A DNA stretch of 64,000 bases from Planctomycetota bacterium (GTDB lineage Bacteria; Planctomycetota; PLA2; JAEUHO01): NCBI GenBank assembly GCA_965223505.1, contig CBDCWP010000030.1, positions 32,001 to 96,000 of the forward strand, in the 5' to 3' direction. Shown here piece by piece: positions 19,102 to 33,398 of the stretch (position 1 is the first letter of the stretch; every line of letters starts with the position of its first letter). Made by a program: the position numbers and the translations under genes. The notes under the pieces were generated by a model that saw only the letters and a list, made by a program, of their open reading frames with translations, had not been told where the DNA came from and searched no databases.

Positions 19102-19599
19102 GTGAAGAAGCACCTCTTGCGCGCGCTGCTCGTGACCGTCGTCGTGGCGGCTGTGCTCGCGTGGCCCGCTTGGGCCTGGGGCGGGCGGACGGGCCTCGTC
19201 GCCATGGCCGTCGCGGGCGGCATCTGCCTGCTGGCCGCGTTCCTCGCCCTGCTGCCGCGGCTGTTCCTGGCGATCGCACCTCCGAACGACGCCAACGCCT
19301 CGAACGCGGTGCTGGCCTCCACCGGAATCCGCCTGCTGATCACGATGCTCGGGGCCCTGATCGTCGTGATGACCCGGCCGTTCGACACCTGGCAATTCAC
19401 GGCCTGGTTGGGCGTGTTTTATTCCGCCCACTTGGTGTTGGAAGTTGTCGTGTCCCTCCGGGACCTGCGGCAAAATCACGCGCGATCGGGCAGCCAGGAC
19501 CCGGAAACGGGCGCTGAAACCTCCGGTCGAGGGCGCTCCCAGTCGGGCGGCGCCGACGAAGCGAACGAAGAAGACGCGCAAGGAGCACACCAAGCATGA
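19102..19599 (+). CDS. ATP synthase protein I-like membrane protein
   Basis: Four hydrophobic helices; stop overlaps the atpB start. Confidence 0.65.
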   Translation: MKKHLLRALLVTVVVAAVLAWPAWAWGGRTGLVAMAVAGGICLLAAFLALLPRLFLAIAPPNDANASNAVLASTGIRLLITMLGALIVVMTRPFDTWQFTAWLGVFYSAHLVLEVVVSLRDLRQNHARSGSQDPETGAETSGRGRSQSGGADEANEEDAQGAHQA

Positions 19600-20435
19600 C
19601 TCCGCTGCTGCCAGCCGCGATGCCCTCGTTCGCCGGCTGCGTGTTGGCCGCCGGCGACGATCCGCTGGGTCACGTGCTGCCGCACACGTTCTTCACGTTC
19701 GGCGAGTACACCGTCACGAACCACATCGTGATGCTGATCGTGTCCGCGTTGTTGCTGGCGATCTTCGTGCCGATCTTCGCCCGCAAGGACGCGCTGGTCC
19801 CCAAGGGCTTCCGCAACTTCCTCGAAGCGATCCTGATGTTCCTGCGGGAGGAGGTCGCGCGCCCCGCGCTCGGCAGCGCGACGGACAAGTTCATGCCGTT
19901 CCTCTGGACGATGTTCTTCCTCATCCTGACGGCGAACCTGCTCGGCATGATCCCGCTGGGCATGATGGCGGCGCCGATCGACGCGCACCTGCAGCACATC
20001 GGCGGCACCGCGACCGGTAACCTGGCCATCACCGCCGGACTCGCGCTATGCGCCTTCGTGGTGATCCACGGGTCGGGCATGCGCGCGCAGGGCGTGGGCA
20101 AGTATTGGAACAACTTCTTCTTCGGCCACGCCCCCATGGCGCTCGCGCCGCTGATGATCCCGCTCGAGATCATCGGCGCGCTCGTCAAGCCCTTCTCGCT
20201 GGCCGTTCGTCTGTTCGCGAACATGACCGCGGGACACATCGTTCTCGCGATGCTCGTGATCTTCGCCGTGAAGGGCGCCGCAATGGGTGGCGCCGGCTAC
20301 GGCATCACGTTGACCGCGATCCTGGGTGGGGTTGCGATCGGTCTGCTGGAGCTCTTCGTGGCGTTCCTGCAGGCCTACATCTTCACCTTCTTGACGACGC
20401 TTTTCATCGGCGCCGCGATTCACCCGGAGCACTAG
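19596..20435 (+). CDS. atpB: F0F1 ATP synthase subunit a
   Basis: KPFSLAVRLFANMTAGH and LELFVAFLQAYIF motifs. Confidence 0.97.
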   Translation: MTPLLPAAMPSFAGCVLAAGDDPLGHVLPHTFFTFGEYTVTNHIVMLIVSALLLAIFVPIFARKDALVPKGFRNFLEAILMFLREEVARPALGSATDKFMPFLWTMFFLILTANLLGMIPLGMMAAPIDAHLQHIGGTATGNLAITAGLALCAFVVIHGSGMRAQGVGKYWNNFFFGHAPMALAPLMIPLEIIGALVKPFSLAVRLFANMTAGHIVLAMLVIFAVKGAAMGGAGYGITLTAILGGVAIGLLELFVAFLQAYIFTFLTTLFIGAAIHPEH

Positions 20436-20480
20436 CCCGCGAGCGCAACGCCGAGAACGCCTTTTCTATTCAGGCGCTGA

Positions 20481-20774
<294 letters not shown>

Positions 20775-20800
20775 CGTCGCGAACGACGTTTGGGGGCGAT

Positions 20801-20828
20801 CCGAGCCGCGGTGATCGCCGCGGCTCGG
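20801..20828 (+). other. Strong intergenic stem-loop between atpE and atpF
   Basis: CCGAGCCGCGG-TGATCG-CCGCGGCTCGG, a perfect 11-bp stem. Confidence 0.7.
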
Positions 20829-20869
20829 GCGCACGGCTCGAGTGAATTGAATGCAAGCGGAGTAGCGAA

Positions 20870-21451
20870 ATGCGCCACATGATCTTCAGTGTCGCGGTGC
20901 TCGTGGCCCTGTCGCTGTTCGCCACCCCGGCGTGGGCGGCGGAGGGCGACCTGACGCACGTCGATCCGTGGGCGGTGATCACGTCGATCGCCGTCTTCGT
21001 GCTGTTGCTGGTGGTCCTCGGCAAGTTCGCGTGGAAGCCGATCCTCGACGGGCTGCAGAAACGCGAAGAGACCATCCAACAGGCGCTCGACGAGGCCAAG
21101 GAAGCGAACGAAGAGGCCAAGAAGGTCATCGCCATGTACGAGGCGAAGCTCGACCACGCCAAGGAAGAGGCCGCGGCGATCGCCGAGGAAGCCCGCAAGG
21201 ACGGCGAAGACATCCGCGCTCGCATCCAGGAAGAGGCGCGGGCCGAACGCGAAGCGACGGTCGCCCGCGCGAAGCGCGAGATCGATCAGATGGCCGCGGC
21301 CGCCTGGGAGACGATCGTGAAGGACGCGGCCGCCATCGCCACGTCGACGGCGAGCCAGATCGTTCAGCGCGAGCTCGACCAGGCCGGCCACGCGGACATC
21401 GCGGCCAATGTCGTGAGCCAGTTCACGACGCGTCGGAGCGACGAGGACTGA
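20870..21451 (+). CDS. atpF: F0F1 ATP synthase subunit b
   Basis: TM helix, then KFAWKPILDGLQKREETI and a coiled coil. Confidence 0.95.
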   Translation: MRHMIFSVAVLVALSLFATPAWAAEGDLTHVDPWAVITSIAVFVLLLVVLGKFAWKPILDGLQKREETIQQALDEAKEANEEAKKVIAMYEAKLDHAKEEAAAIAEEARKDGEDIRARIQEEARAEREATVARAKREIDQMAAAAWETIVKDAAAIATSTASQIVQRELDQAGHADIAANVVSQFTTRRSDED

Positions 21452-22018
21452 TGTCGGCAGCGCACGCCAGTCCCGGAGCCGCCGTCTACGCGAAGGCGTT
21501 GGCCGAAGCAGCGGAAGCCGCCGGCGGTCTCGACGAGATGCGCTCCATCGGCGAGGCGCTCGACGCGATCGGCGAAGCGTGGGAGAAGGACAAGGTCTTC
21601 CGCGCGTTCTTCCTGTCCGCCGAGATCGCTTCCACCGACAAGGGCGTGGCGATGGACAAGCTCACGTCGGCCGGCTTCCCCCGGCTCGTCGCGAACTTCC
21701 TGCGGCTGGCCTACCGGCGGGGCCGCCTGGCGCTCCTGCCCGAGATGGCCTACGCGTACCGCGAGCTGCTCGACGAGAAGCTCGGGCGCGTCCCGGTCAC
21801 CATCACGACCGCCGCGTACGTCGACCCCGACCGGTTGGCCACGTGGAAAGAACAGATTCGCGCCGCTGTCAGCGGCGAACCCGTGGTCGAACACGTCGTT
21901 CGGCCCGAGATCATCGCGGGCGCGATCATTCGCGTCGGCGACCGCGTAATGGACGGGAGCGGCCGCCGCCATCTGGCGGAGCTCGAACAGCGGATTGTCC
22001 AAAGAGGAATGCAGACGA

Positions 22019-22035
<17 letters not shown>
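21451..22035 (+). CDS. atpH: F0F1 ATP synthase subunit delta
   Basis: ATG 21451 (TGATG overlap); YAKAL at the N-terminus, [17 protein letters not shown] at the C-terminus. Confidence 0.95.
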
Positions 22036-23557
<1,522 letters not shown>

Positions 23558-23600
23558 CGCGCAACACCCAACGAGGCCCCTAGGGAAGGAACCGGACTGA

Positions 23601-26329
<2,729 letters not shown>

Positions 26330-27004
26330 CTACGCGAAGCCGACGTCGAGCGATCGCGCTTCGCGGACGAGCTCCAGATACTCGTCGCGCTCGATCTCCT
26401 CACAGCCGAACTGCTCGAGATGATCGGTGAGGAACTGCACGTCGAGCAGAACGAAACCGCGCGCACGCAAGTGCTCGACCAGGTGAACGAACGCGAGCTT
26501 CGACGCGTCACGAACGCGATGGAACATCGACTCGGCCGCGAACCCGCCGCCGAACGCGACGCCGTAGATCCCGCCGATGAGCCGATCGTCCTGGCGGATC
26601 TCGACGGAGTGCGCGTGACCGAGCGCGTGCAGCTCCGTGTAGCACGCCACCATCGCCTCGTGGATCCACGTTCCGTCGGGGCCGGTTCTCGTCGCACGCT
26701 CGCATGACGCCTTCGAAGTCGTGGTCGTGTCGAACCTCGTAGACATGCCGCCGGCGCGTGCGCCGCAGCCGGCGGGAGAACATGCCAGCGCGTCGAGCGG
26801 CAGCACGGCCCGCGGATCCGGCGACCACCAGAGAACCGGCGAACCCTCTTCGTACCAGGGGAATACACCGTGCCGGTACGCGTCGAGAACGAGGTGTGGT
26901 GAGAGTTCCGCACCGACGGCGACGAGGTCTTGGCCGGGCTCCATGTTCACGTCGTCGAACGGGCTGCGGCCTGCCTGCGCTGCTTCGTCCGGCCCTTGTG
27001 TCAC
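26330..27004 (-). CDS. aat: Leucyl/phenylalanyl-tRNA--protein transferase, with an internal stretch in a shifted frame
   Basis: AYRHGVFPW, WWSPDPRAVL, GTWI, AHSVE, ESMFH, DASK, LLDVQ; about 34 central codons match Aat only in another frame. Confidence 0.9.
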   Translation of the reverse strand: MTQGPDEAAQAGRSPFDDVNMEPGQDLVAVGAELSPHLVLDAYRHGVFPWYEEGSPVLWWSPDPRAVLPLDALACSPAGCGARAGGMSTRFDTTTTSKASCERATRTGPDGTWIHEAMVACYTELHALGHAHSVEIRQDDRLIGGIYGVAFGGGFAAESMFHRVRDASKLAFVHLVEHLRARGFVLLDVQFLTDHLEQFGCEEIERDEYLELVREARSLDVGFA

Positions 27005-27192
27005 AGTTTGGCTCCGCGTTCGACCCTCTCGGTCAGACGAACTGAAAACTACTCTAACGCGGTCGAAACGGACGCCCGCGGCGCCGCTGATCCGAGCTTG
27101 CGGGTGCTTCGCCTGCTACCTACGCTCTTTTGCCGGGCAGAAGGAGTCCACGGGATTCGGGTCCCCGTGCATTCCGGCGTGGGAGAGATCGG

Positions 27193-28182
27193 ATGCGACA
27201 GCATGTTTCGCGGGGCTCGACCATCACGGTCGCGTGCGGGTTCCTCATCGCACTGTCGGCGTGTGCCGGTCAACCGTTGAGCAGTACGGCACGCGCCCCG
27301 TCGGCCTCCCTCGTGAACGCCGGCGGCGCCGGATGGACGACCGCACCGCTCGGGTCGCAAGCCAGCTTCTCGAGCACGACCGCGCCCTCGTTGCAGGCCG
27401 CGCCGCGGCCGCTGAGCACGAGCAACATCAACACGTCGACGCTCGATCGACCGCAAGCAACCGGCGTCGCCGACGCGACCCGTCCCCCGCCCCCCCCGCC
27501 GCTCGACGGCGAAGCGCCGCTGAGCATCGCCGACACCACCGCGCCGTGTCCGCCCGACCCGTGCGCCCCGCCGCCCGCGCCCGACCCGTGCGATCCGTGC
27601 GCGCCGCCGCCGGCGCCCATCGTGACCGGTTGCCAGTTGCCGTGCACCGCGGGTTTGAGCCAGTGGCACATCCGCGCCGTCGGCGGCATCGTCTTTTTCG
27701 AAGGCGACGACCCGGGCGAGGACTGCGGCTATCTCGGCCTCGACGTCGGCCGCACGTTCTGCGGCTGCTGGGGCCTCGACGCGTTCTACCGTTGGAACAG
27801 CGGCACGTTCGACACGTTTCGTCCCAGCCAAGCGCAGCCCGGCCAGGTCGTCTTCGGGAAGGACGGCGGTGACTGGCACCACTTCGGCGTGAAGCTGACG
27901 TACGAAAGCAGCTTCGGCAACAACTCGCGTCTGTACTGGTGGGCCGGCGCGGGACCGGAGTATTTCACGACGAGCGGCTACGACGACGACGACGACGGCT
28001 TCGGCGTCTTCGGCGAGCTGGGCCTCGGCTATTTGGTGAACCAGAACTGGCGCATTCGCGCCGGCGTCAACATTCACGGTGTGGACACGAAGGTGACGCG
28101 CAGGAACCCGACGATCGACGGCGGTAAGCGTCGATTCCTCTGGTTGATTGCGCCGGTGATCGAGGTCGAGGCGAGCTTCTAG
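27193..28182 (+). CDS. Putative outer-membrane beta-barrel protein with lipobox-like signal and Pro/Cys-rich linker
   Basis: LSAC lipobox; amphipathic strands (FGVKLTY, YWWAGAG, FGELGLGY); C-terminal ...EVEASF. Confidence 0.7.
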   Translation: MRQHVSRGSTITVACGFLIALSACAGQPLSSTARAPSASLVNAGGAGWTTAPLGSQASFSSTTAPSLQAAPRPLSTSNINTSTLDRPQATGVADATRPPPPPPLDGEAPLSIADTTAPCPPDPCAPPPAPDPCDPCAPPPAPIVTGCQLPCTAGLSQWHIRAVGGIVFFEGDDPGEDCGYLGLDVGRTFCGCWGLDAFYRWNSGTFDTFRPSQAQPGQVVFGKDGGDWHHFGVKLTYESSFGNNSRLYWWAGAGPEYFTTSGYDDDDDGFGVFGELGLGYLVNQNWRIRAGVNIHGVDTKVTRRNPTIDGGKRRFLWLIAPVIEVEASF

Positions 28183-28410
28183 CGGCACCGGCTTCGGCCG
28201 CGACACGGAAGGAGAAACAGCGCACGAATCGAGGCTGCTTCTGCCCCGTTTCGACATGTTCAGAATTCTCGACGCGCGATGAAGCGGATGAACGGCTCGG
28301 CGCCCTTTCAGGGGGCGTTGCCGGAGACCAGAAAACTACGGAAGACAGGTAAAGAAAAGGACTTGGAGCGATTTGCCGGCGAGGGGCCGCCTCCCCCGTC
28401 CCCGTTGGCC

Positions 28411-28426
28411 GGGCATGTGCCATGCA
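28411..28426 (+). promoter_or_regulatory. Possible sigma-54 (-24/-12) promoter
   Basis: GG-N10-GC spacing in GGCATGTGCCATGCA, about 70 nt upstream of ATG 28498. Confidence 0.35.
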
Positions 28427-28497
28427 ATGCCCAGGGATGACCCCCAAGTTCAGGTGAGACGGACCGTCGAGGGGCCGCCTCCATCGGGATCACAACC

Positions 28498-30837
28498 ATG
28501 AAGAACCTCAGCATTGGCGTACTGCTACTGGTGATGTGCACGGGCACGTTCACGGGATGCGGTTGCGGCGACTCGTTTACCGACGTCCTGCCGGCATCGG
28601 AGACCGCCTCGTTCCGGATTCGCTCCGCGCAAAAGCCCTGCGAAATCCCCTTCACGCCCGTCGAAGAGAAATGCGAAGTGAAGATCGACGTCTTCTTCGT
28701 GATCGACGACAGCAACTTCATGTACGCGCCGGTCGTCGCCGGCGATCCGCGCACCAAGATGGAAATGACGAAGCGAATCTTCCTCGACATTCGCAAGCGG
28801 CTGCAGACGCAGCTCGACACCGCGGCCCAGAACGGCAACCTCGCGGCGGTGTGCGCCCAGTACGGACTCTCGAATCTGCCCGCCGACGTCGTCGCCAAGC
28901 TCGCCGCCGGCGACGTGCGTTTCGACATCGCGTTCGGCGTGGGCCGCTACGAGGACTACGGCAACTCAACCGTGAATTTCGACCTCAACGGCAACCTCCC
29001 GCCCGCCGCTCAAGCCGGTGTGATCGACGCCAACGCGCGGCCCTTCATCCTCAACATGCCGATCCTGCGCGAGCACTACTTGGAAGCGCACGACGGCGAC
29101 GCGGCCAACCCCAACTTCGACCCGATCTTCGAGTCGGCGCTCGACGTCACGGGCGGCGCGACGCCCGACGCGGTCGGCCCGATCAGCACCGAGAATCGCC
29201 GAGCGTTCGGCGACGGCAGCGTCGGTTTCGCCAGCGCGGCCCAGTTCCGTCAGGACCCGCAGAGCGGGTTCGAGGCGCTCTATCAGGTGGCGACGGGCGC
29301 GGGCTTCGACGGCAACGCCGACGCGGACAACGAGGACAGCGGGCTGCCGTGCGGCAATCTCGCGCAGGGCCTCGCCCCCGCCGTGCTGAACCCCGGCGAG
29401 ACGAACGACGTCCCGTCGGTCGGCTACCAGCCGCTTCCGAACGAGCCCCAGCAGCCGGGCGAGCCGGTGCGTGAGGTCTTCCTCGTCGGCGACGGCAACG
29501 GCAACTTCCCGCAGGGCGGCGCTGACGCCCCCGGCGCTTGCATCACGTCGGGCAACGAGGGCGGTGTCGGCTGGCGCAACGGCTCGGCGCGCTTCGTGCT
29601 CCTGGCGTCCGACGTCGCTGCGATCAGCGCGATCGATCCCGAACCGGCGTTCAACGCGACGCTGAGCGTTCCGAACAACACCCCCCTGCCGTGCGCGCTT
29701 CCGGGCCCGTTCGCAGGCAGCGTCCTCGCCTCGGCGTTCGACGGCACGACCGGTCGCTTCGGCGCGGACGCCGGCAAGGCGGGCATCGTGGCGCCGGCCG
29801 GCGCGGCGACGCCCCAGCAGGCGGTGAACGCGCTCGAGGGCGCATGCATCGAGGCCCTCTTCATCGGAGCGCCGGGCATCCTGCCCGGACCGGTGAAGCC
29901 CAACGCCACGACCACGCCGATCTTCGGCATTCCGGTGCCGTCGAGCCCGAGCTTCCTCCCGTACACGTGGATGAGCGGCGTTTCGAAGCTCACCGGAGTG
30001 CGCAATGTCGTGACGGCCGCCGAAGACGCCGCGAACGCGGGCGACTGGCCGAACGTCTTCGACATGGCGACGGTGATTCCGCACGCGCAGCCGGGCCCCT
30101 CCGACGACATGCTCAACGGCCTCTACGAGCGAGTCGCCGTGCACATGTGCGAGAACCCCGCGGCTGTCGTCTGCCCCATCTCGGACACGCTGCCGCCGAA
30201 CTCGCCGGACATCGAGGTTTGTTTCGAGCTGATCGTGAACGGTTCGACGCCGGGCTTCACGGCGAGCTTCCCCTTCGTCGGCACGCAGCTTCGCGCGACG
30301 GCGCTCGTGCCCACCTACTACCGGGACACGATCACCAACGACGCGTTCCAGGTCATCGGCGGCAACCGGATCGACGTCGGGCAGCCCGGCGCGATCGCAA
30401 GCACCAACGAAGACACCGTGATCGCCTTCTTCGACCCGGCCTCGACGATCACCGAAGCGGTCTTCCAGTACGCGTCCGAGAACATCCCGCCGGACCAGCT
30501 GGCGACGACGTCCTTCACGCTGGAGCGTGTCAGCTACACGCTGCCCGGCGGACTGCCCCAGGAGCACGCGTCGATCCTGGACGAGTGCATGCTCGCGCAG
30601 GACGTGGAGGTCGCGGCCGACATCGACCTGATCGGCAACGCCAACCTCGTCGATCCGGTGGTCGCTACGCCGTCGATCAACATCAACGGCAACCCGGGCG
30701 GCTCTTGCGTCGAGCTCCTCGAGCCGAACTTCACGCCCTACCAGATCGGCAACTGCGATCCGCTCGGCGGTTCGTTCCCGCTCGGCTTGTTCTCGAAGGC
30801 GATCGACTCGTCCTTCAAGCCGGTCGCCGTGCCCTAG
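28498..30837 (+). CDS. Large exported protein, probable lipoprotein, with a vWA-like domain
   Basis: Signal peptide ending TGC; IDVFFVIDDS, FGVGRYEDY, SGFEALYQVATG and GWRNGSARFVLLASD resemble vWA/integrin-beta-like strands. Confidence 0.7.
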   Translation: MKNLSIGVLLLVMCTGTFTGCGCGDSFTDVLPASETASFRIRSAQKPCEIPFTPVEEKCEVKIDVFFVIDDSNFMYAPVVAGDPRTKMEMTKRIFLDIRKRLQTQLDTAAQNGNLAAVCAQYGLSNLPADVVAKLAAGDVRFDIAFGVGRYEDYGNSTVNFDLNGNLPPAAQAGVIDANARPFILNMPILREHYLEAHDGDAANPNFDPIFESALDVTGGATPDAVGPISTENRRAFGDGSVGFASAAQFRQDPQSGFEALYQVATGAGFDGNADADNEDSGLPCGNLAQGLAPAVLNPGETNDVPSVGYQPLPNEPQQPGEPVREVFLVGDGNGNFPQGGADAPGACITSGNEGGVGWRNGSARFVLLASDVAAISAIDPEPAFNATLSVPNNTPLPCALPGPFAGSVLASAFDGTTGRFGADAGKAGIVAPAGAATPQQAVNALEGACIEALFIGAPGILPGPVKPNATTTPIFGIPVPSSPSFLPYTWMSGVSKLTGVRNVVTAAEDAANAGDWPNVFDMATVIPHAQPGPSDDMLNGLYERVAVHMCENPAAVVCPISDTLPPNSPDIEVCFELIVNGSTPGFTASFPFVGTQLRATALVPTYYRDTITNDAFQVIGGNRIDVGQPGAIASTNEDTVIAFFDPASTITEAVFQYASENIPPDQLATTSFTLERVSYTLPGGLPQEHASILDECMLAQDVEVAADIDLIGNANLVDPVVATPSININGNPGGSCVELLEPNFTPYQIGNCDPLGGSFPLGLFSKAIDSSFKPVAVP

Positions 30838-30854
30838 GAGGGCCCCAACTCGAT

Positions 30855-30888
30855 CGGCCCGCCGCGGACATCCGCGGCGGGCCGTTTT
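30855..30888 (+). terminator. Rho-independent terminator
   Basis: CGGCCCGCCGCGG-ACAT-CCGCGGCGGGCCG followed by TTTT, just after the stop at 30837. Confidence 0.8.
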
Positions 30889-31043
30889 CAATTGGGTCCG
30901 AGCCCCACCCGATCGACCGGACGGGGCCGCACCGCTGAGGGCTTTCGGAGTTCTCGCAAATCGGGGTTGCGGGGCGCTCAACCAGGGAGATCATGGAACC
31001 GAGCACCAGGGGGGTGCATAACTCGGCGACCGGAGGTGCGTTC

Positions 31044-33398
31044 ATGTCCCCCCTGCGACTCACTCGACTTCGTTTTCTCGTTCTCACCGCGCTCGCGGCG
31101 CTCGCCGTCGGCGCCTGCGGCGGCGGCGGAGGAGGCGGCGGCGGCGGTGGCGGCGGCTCTCCGGGCATCCCGACGGGATTCTGGCTGACGCCCCAGCAAG
31201 GCGCGGCCGCCGTCGTCGGCACCCTGCTGAACGTGGTCTACACCGCGGACGACGACACCACCGCGCAGGTGCAGATCATCGCGGACGGCGACCAGAACCT
31301 GGCCACGACCGGCGACCAGGTCGTGCTGTTCGGCCCCGTCAACGATCCGAACGGCGCCAACCAGAACGCGATGCTCGACACCAGCCTGCTGCCCGGCGTG
31401 GGCGCGTACACCCTGTTCCTGGAGCTGGACGACAGCACGAACCCGGTCGTCCAGGTCACCCTGCCGCAGCCGCTGGTCGTATACCGCCCCATGGCCGGCG
31501 TCAGCAGCCCGCGCGCCAACCGCTACGGCGTGGTCGGACAGTTCGTCGTGTTCACACGCGGCGAAGCGGAGGACTCGAACGCGGGGCAGGTGCTGAACAG
31601 CGACGGTGACACCGGCGACGGGGTGATCTCGGTGTTCGACACCCAGTCGGGGATCGTGGTCAACAGCGGGATCTCCGCCGACGTGACGGCGGGCGCGGTC
31701 GCCGGTGAACCGCGCGTGATGGTCGCCCTCTCGGGCTTTCTTGCCTGGCTGACGCGCGAGGCCGACGAAGGCGAGATCAACAACGACGGCGACGGGATTC
31801 CCAACGACACGATGGTCTCGTACTTCGCGCCGTTCGTGCCCAGCACGCCCGTGACCAACGTGTTCGGCGGGGCACGCGCCATCGTGAGCGCCTCCACGAA
31901 CCGGCTCGTCGTCGCGTTGAGCGAAGCGGACGAAGGACCGGCCGGCACCGACCAGAACGGCGACCTCGATCAGGCGGACACGGTCTTCGCCTACATCGAC
32001 CTGCAATCGCCGGCGACGAACCAGGCACAGTACGTGATCATCCCGCGCGCATCGGTGCCAGGCAGCACCGTGTTCGCCGACGATCAGGGCCTGGCGTGCG
32101 CGATGCTCGACTCCGAGGCGGACAACGTCGGCGGCGCCAACGCCGATCCGAACGGGGACGGCGACATGGTCGACACCGAGCTGCTCGTCCTCGACCTCTC
32201 GTTCCCGGGCGGCGGCCCGCCGAACATCTTCGGCTGGGCAGGAACGCAGGCGGGACCGATGCCGCCCGCTCAGCCGCCGTCGCCCGTGGATCCGAACGCC
32301 GCGTTCGCGACGAGTGCGTCGGACACGCTCGTCGCGTACTACGTAGACGAGACGGCCGTCGGGGTGGGTCTCGATCAGAACGGCGACGGCGACGCGATCG
32401 ACCTCGTGCCGGCGTACTGGAACTTCGCGATCCAGAACGAGGTGCGCCTGGCACTCGCCCCCGGTGTCCCTGCCGGCTCGCTCAGCGCGCGCCTCGGTGT
32501 CGGATCGCCGCAAGCGATGGTCACCGACGTGGGTCGGTTGTTCTTCACCGCGAACGAACAGGGACGCGCCGGCGTCGCGCTCGGGAGCAACAACGACGGC
32601 GACGGCGGTACGGACACGCAGATCCTCTACTGGGCCGACACGACGGTGCCCGCGCAGCCGTTCCTGCCCGCCACGCCGGTCGCGCCGGGACTGCCGGGCG
32701 CGGGCGGCGCGCTGACGGCGCTTGCGCTGGACGGCGGCGGTTCCGTGAGGGCGCTGACACCCGGCTGGCTGGCCGTGATCGTCAATGAGGGCGCCAACGG
32801 CAACCTCGACATCAACGGCAACGGCAACGTCGGCGACATGGCGTATCTGTTGATCGATACCGCCCAATCGCCCCCGGTCGTGCACGTCCCCGCGGTGGCC
32901 GGCGGCAACACCGGTCTCGCGCCGTCGGACTCGACGATTCTCGCGAGCGGCGGGAACATCCCGATCACCGGCGTCGCGAACAATCAGGGCGTCGTGCTGC
33001 GACTGACGGAAGCACAGAACGGCAACCTGGACGGAGACGGCAACGTCAACGAGATCCTGCTGGCGTTCGTCGACTTCAGCACGCCCGGCACGGCGACCGT
33101 GCTGGATGCCGGCGGCGACTACTGCACCATCCGCAACGTCGACATCGCCATCACCGCGAACGAGGCGTACACGAACTCGAACTACAACAACGACGGCGAC
33201 CAAACGGACTTCCTGCTGCGGATCCTCACGACACAAGGTGTGGTCGTCGAGCCGGGCACGCCGTGCGCGCAACGGTCGATTCCCGCCGCCGACACGGGTG
33301 CGTTCTGGGCGTATCTGCGCGACGAGGTGCTGGAAGGTGTCTCGCTCAACGGCGACAGCGACACCCTCGACCTCGTGCTGGCGATCTGGATGCCCTAG
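31044..33398 (+). CDS. Large lipoprotein with poly-Gly linker and about 10 DxNGDGDxxD Ca-binding-like repeats
   Basis: GGAGG RBS; lipobox VGAC followed by 13 Gly; repeats such as DQNGDLDQAD, DPNGDGDMVD, DQNGDGDAID, NLDGDGNVNE, SLNGDSDTLD. Confidence 0.8.
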   Translation: MSPLRLTRLRFLVLTALAALAVGACGGGGGGGGGGGGGSPGIPTGFWLTPQQGAAAVVGTLLNVVYTADDDTTAQVQIIADGDQNLATTGDQVVLFGPVNDPNGANQNAMLDTSLLPGVGAYTLFLELDDSTNPVVQVTLPQPLVVYRPMAGVSSPRANRYGVVGQFVVFTRGEAEDSNAGQVLNSDGDTGDGVISVFDTQSGIVVNSGISADVTAGAVAGEPRVMVALSGFLAWLTREADEGEINNDGDGIPNDTMVSYFAPFVPSTPVTNVFGGARAIVSASTNRLVVALSEADEGPAGTDQNGDLDQADTVFAYIDLQSPATNQAQYVIIPRASVPGSTVFADDQGLACAMLDSEADNVGGANADPNGDGDMVDTELLVLDLSFPGGGPPNIFGWAGTQAGPMPPAQPPSPVDPNAAFATSASDTLVAYYVDETAVGVGLDQNGDGDAIDLVPAYWNFAIQNEVRLALAPGVPAGSLSARLGVGSPQAMVTDVGRLFFTANEQGRAGVALGSNNDGDGGTDTQILYWADTTVPAQPFLPATPVAPGLPGAGGALTALALDGGGSVRALTPGWLAVIVNEGANGNLDINGNGNVGDMAYLLIDTAQSPPVVHVPAVAGGNTGLAPSDSTILASGGNIPITGVANNQGVVLRLTEAQNGNLDGDGNVNEILLAFVDFSTPGTATVLDAGGDYCTIRNVDIAITANEAYTNSNYNNDGDQTDFLLRILTTQGVVVEPGTPCAQRSIPAADTGAFWAYLRDEVLEGVSLNGDSDTLDLVLAIWMP

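Noticed and set aside
30995..31020. GGAAC-containing ECF-like promoter before the poly-Gly lipoprotein
   Set aside because: No convincing CGT-type -10 element at 16-17 nt spacing.
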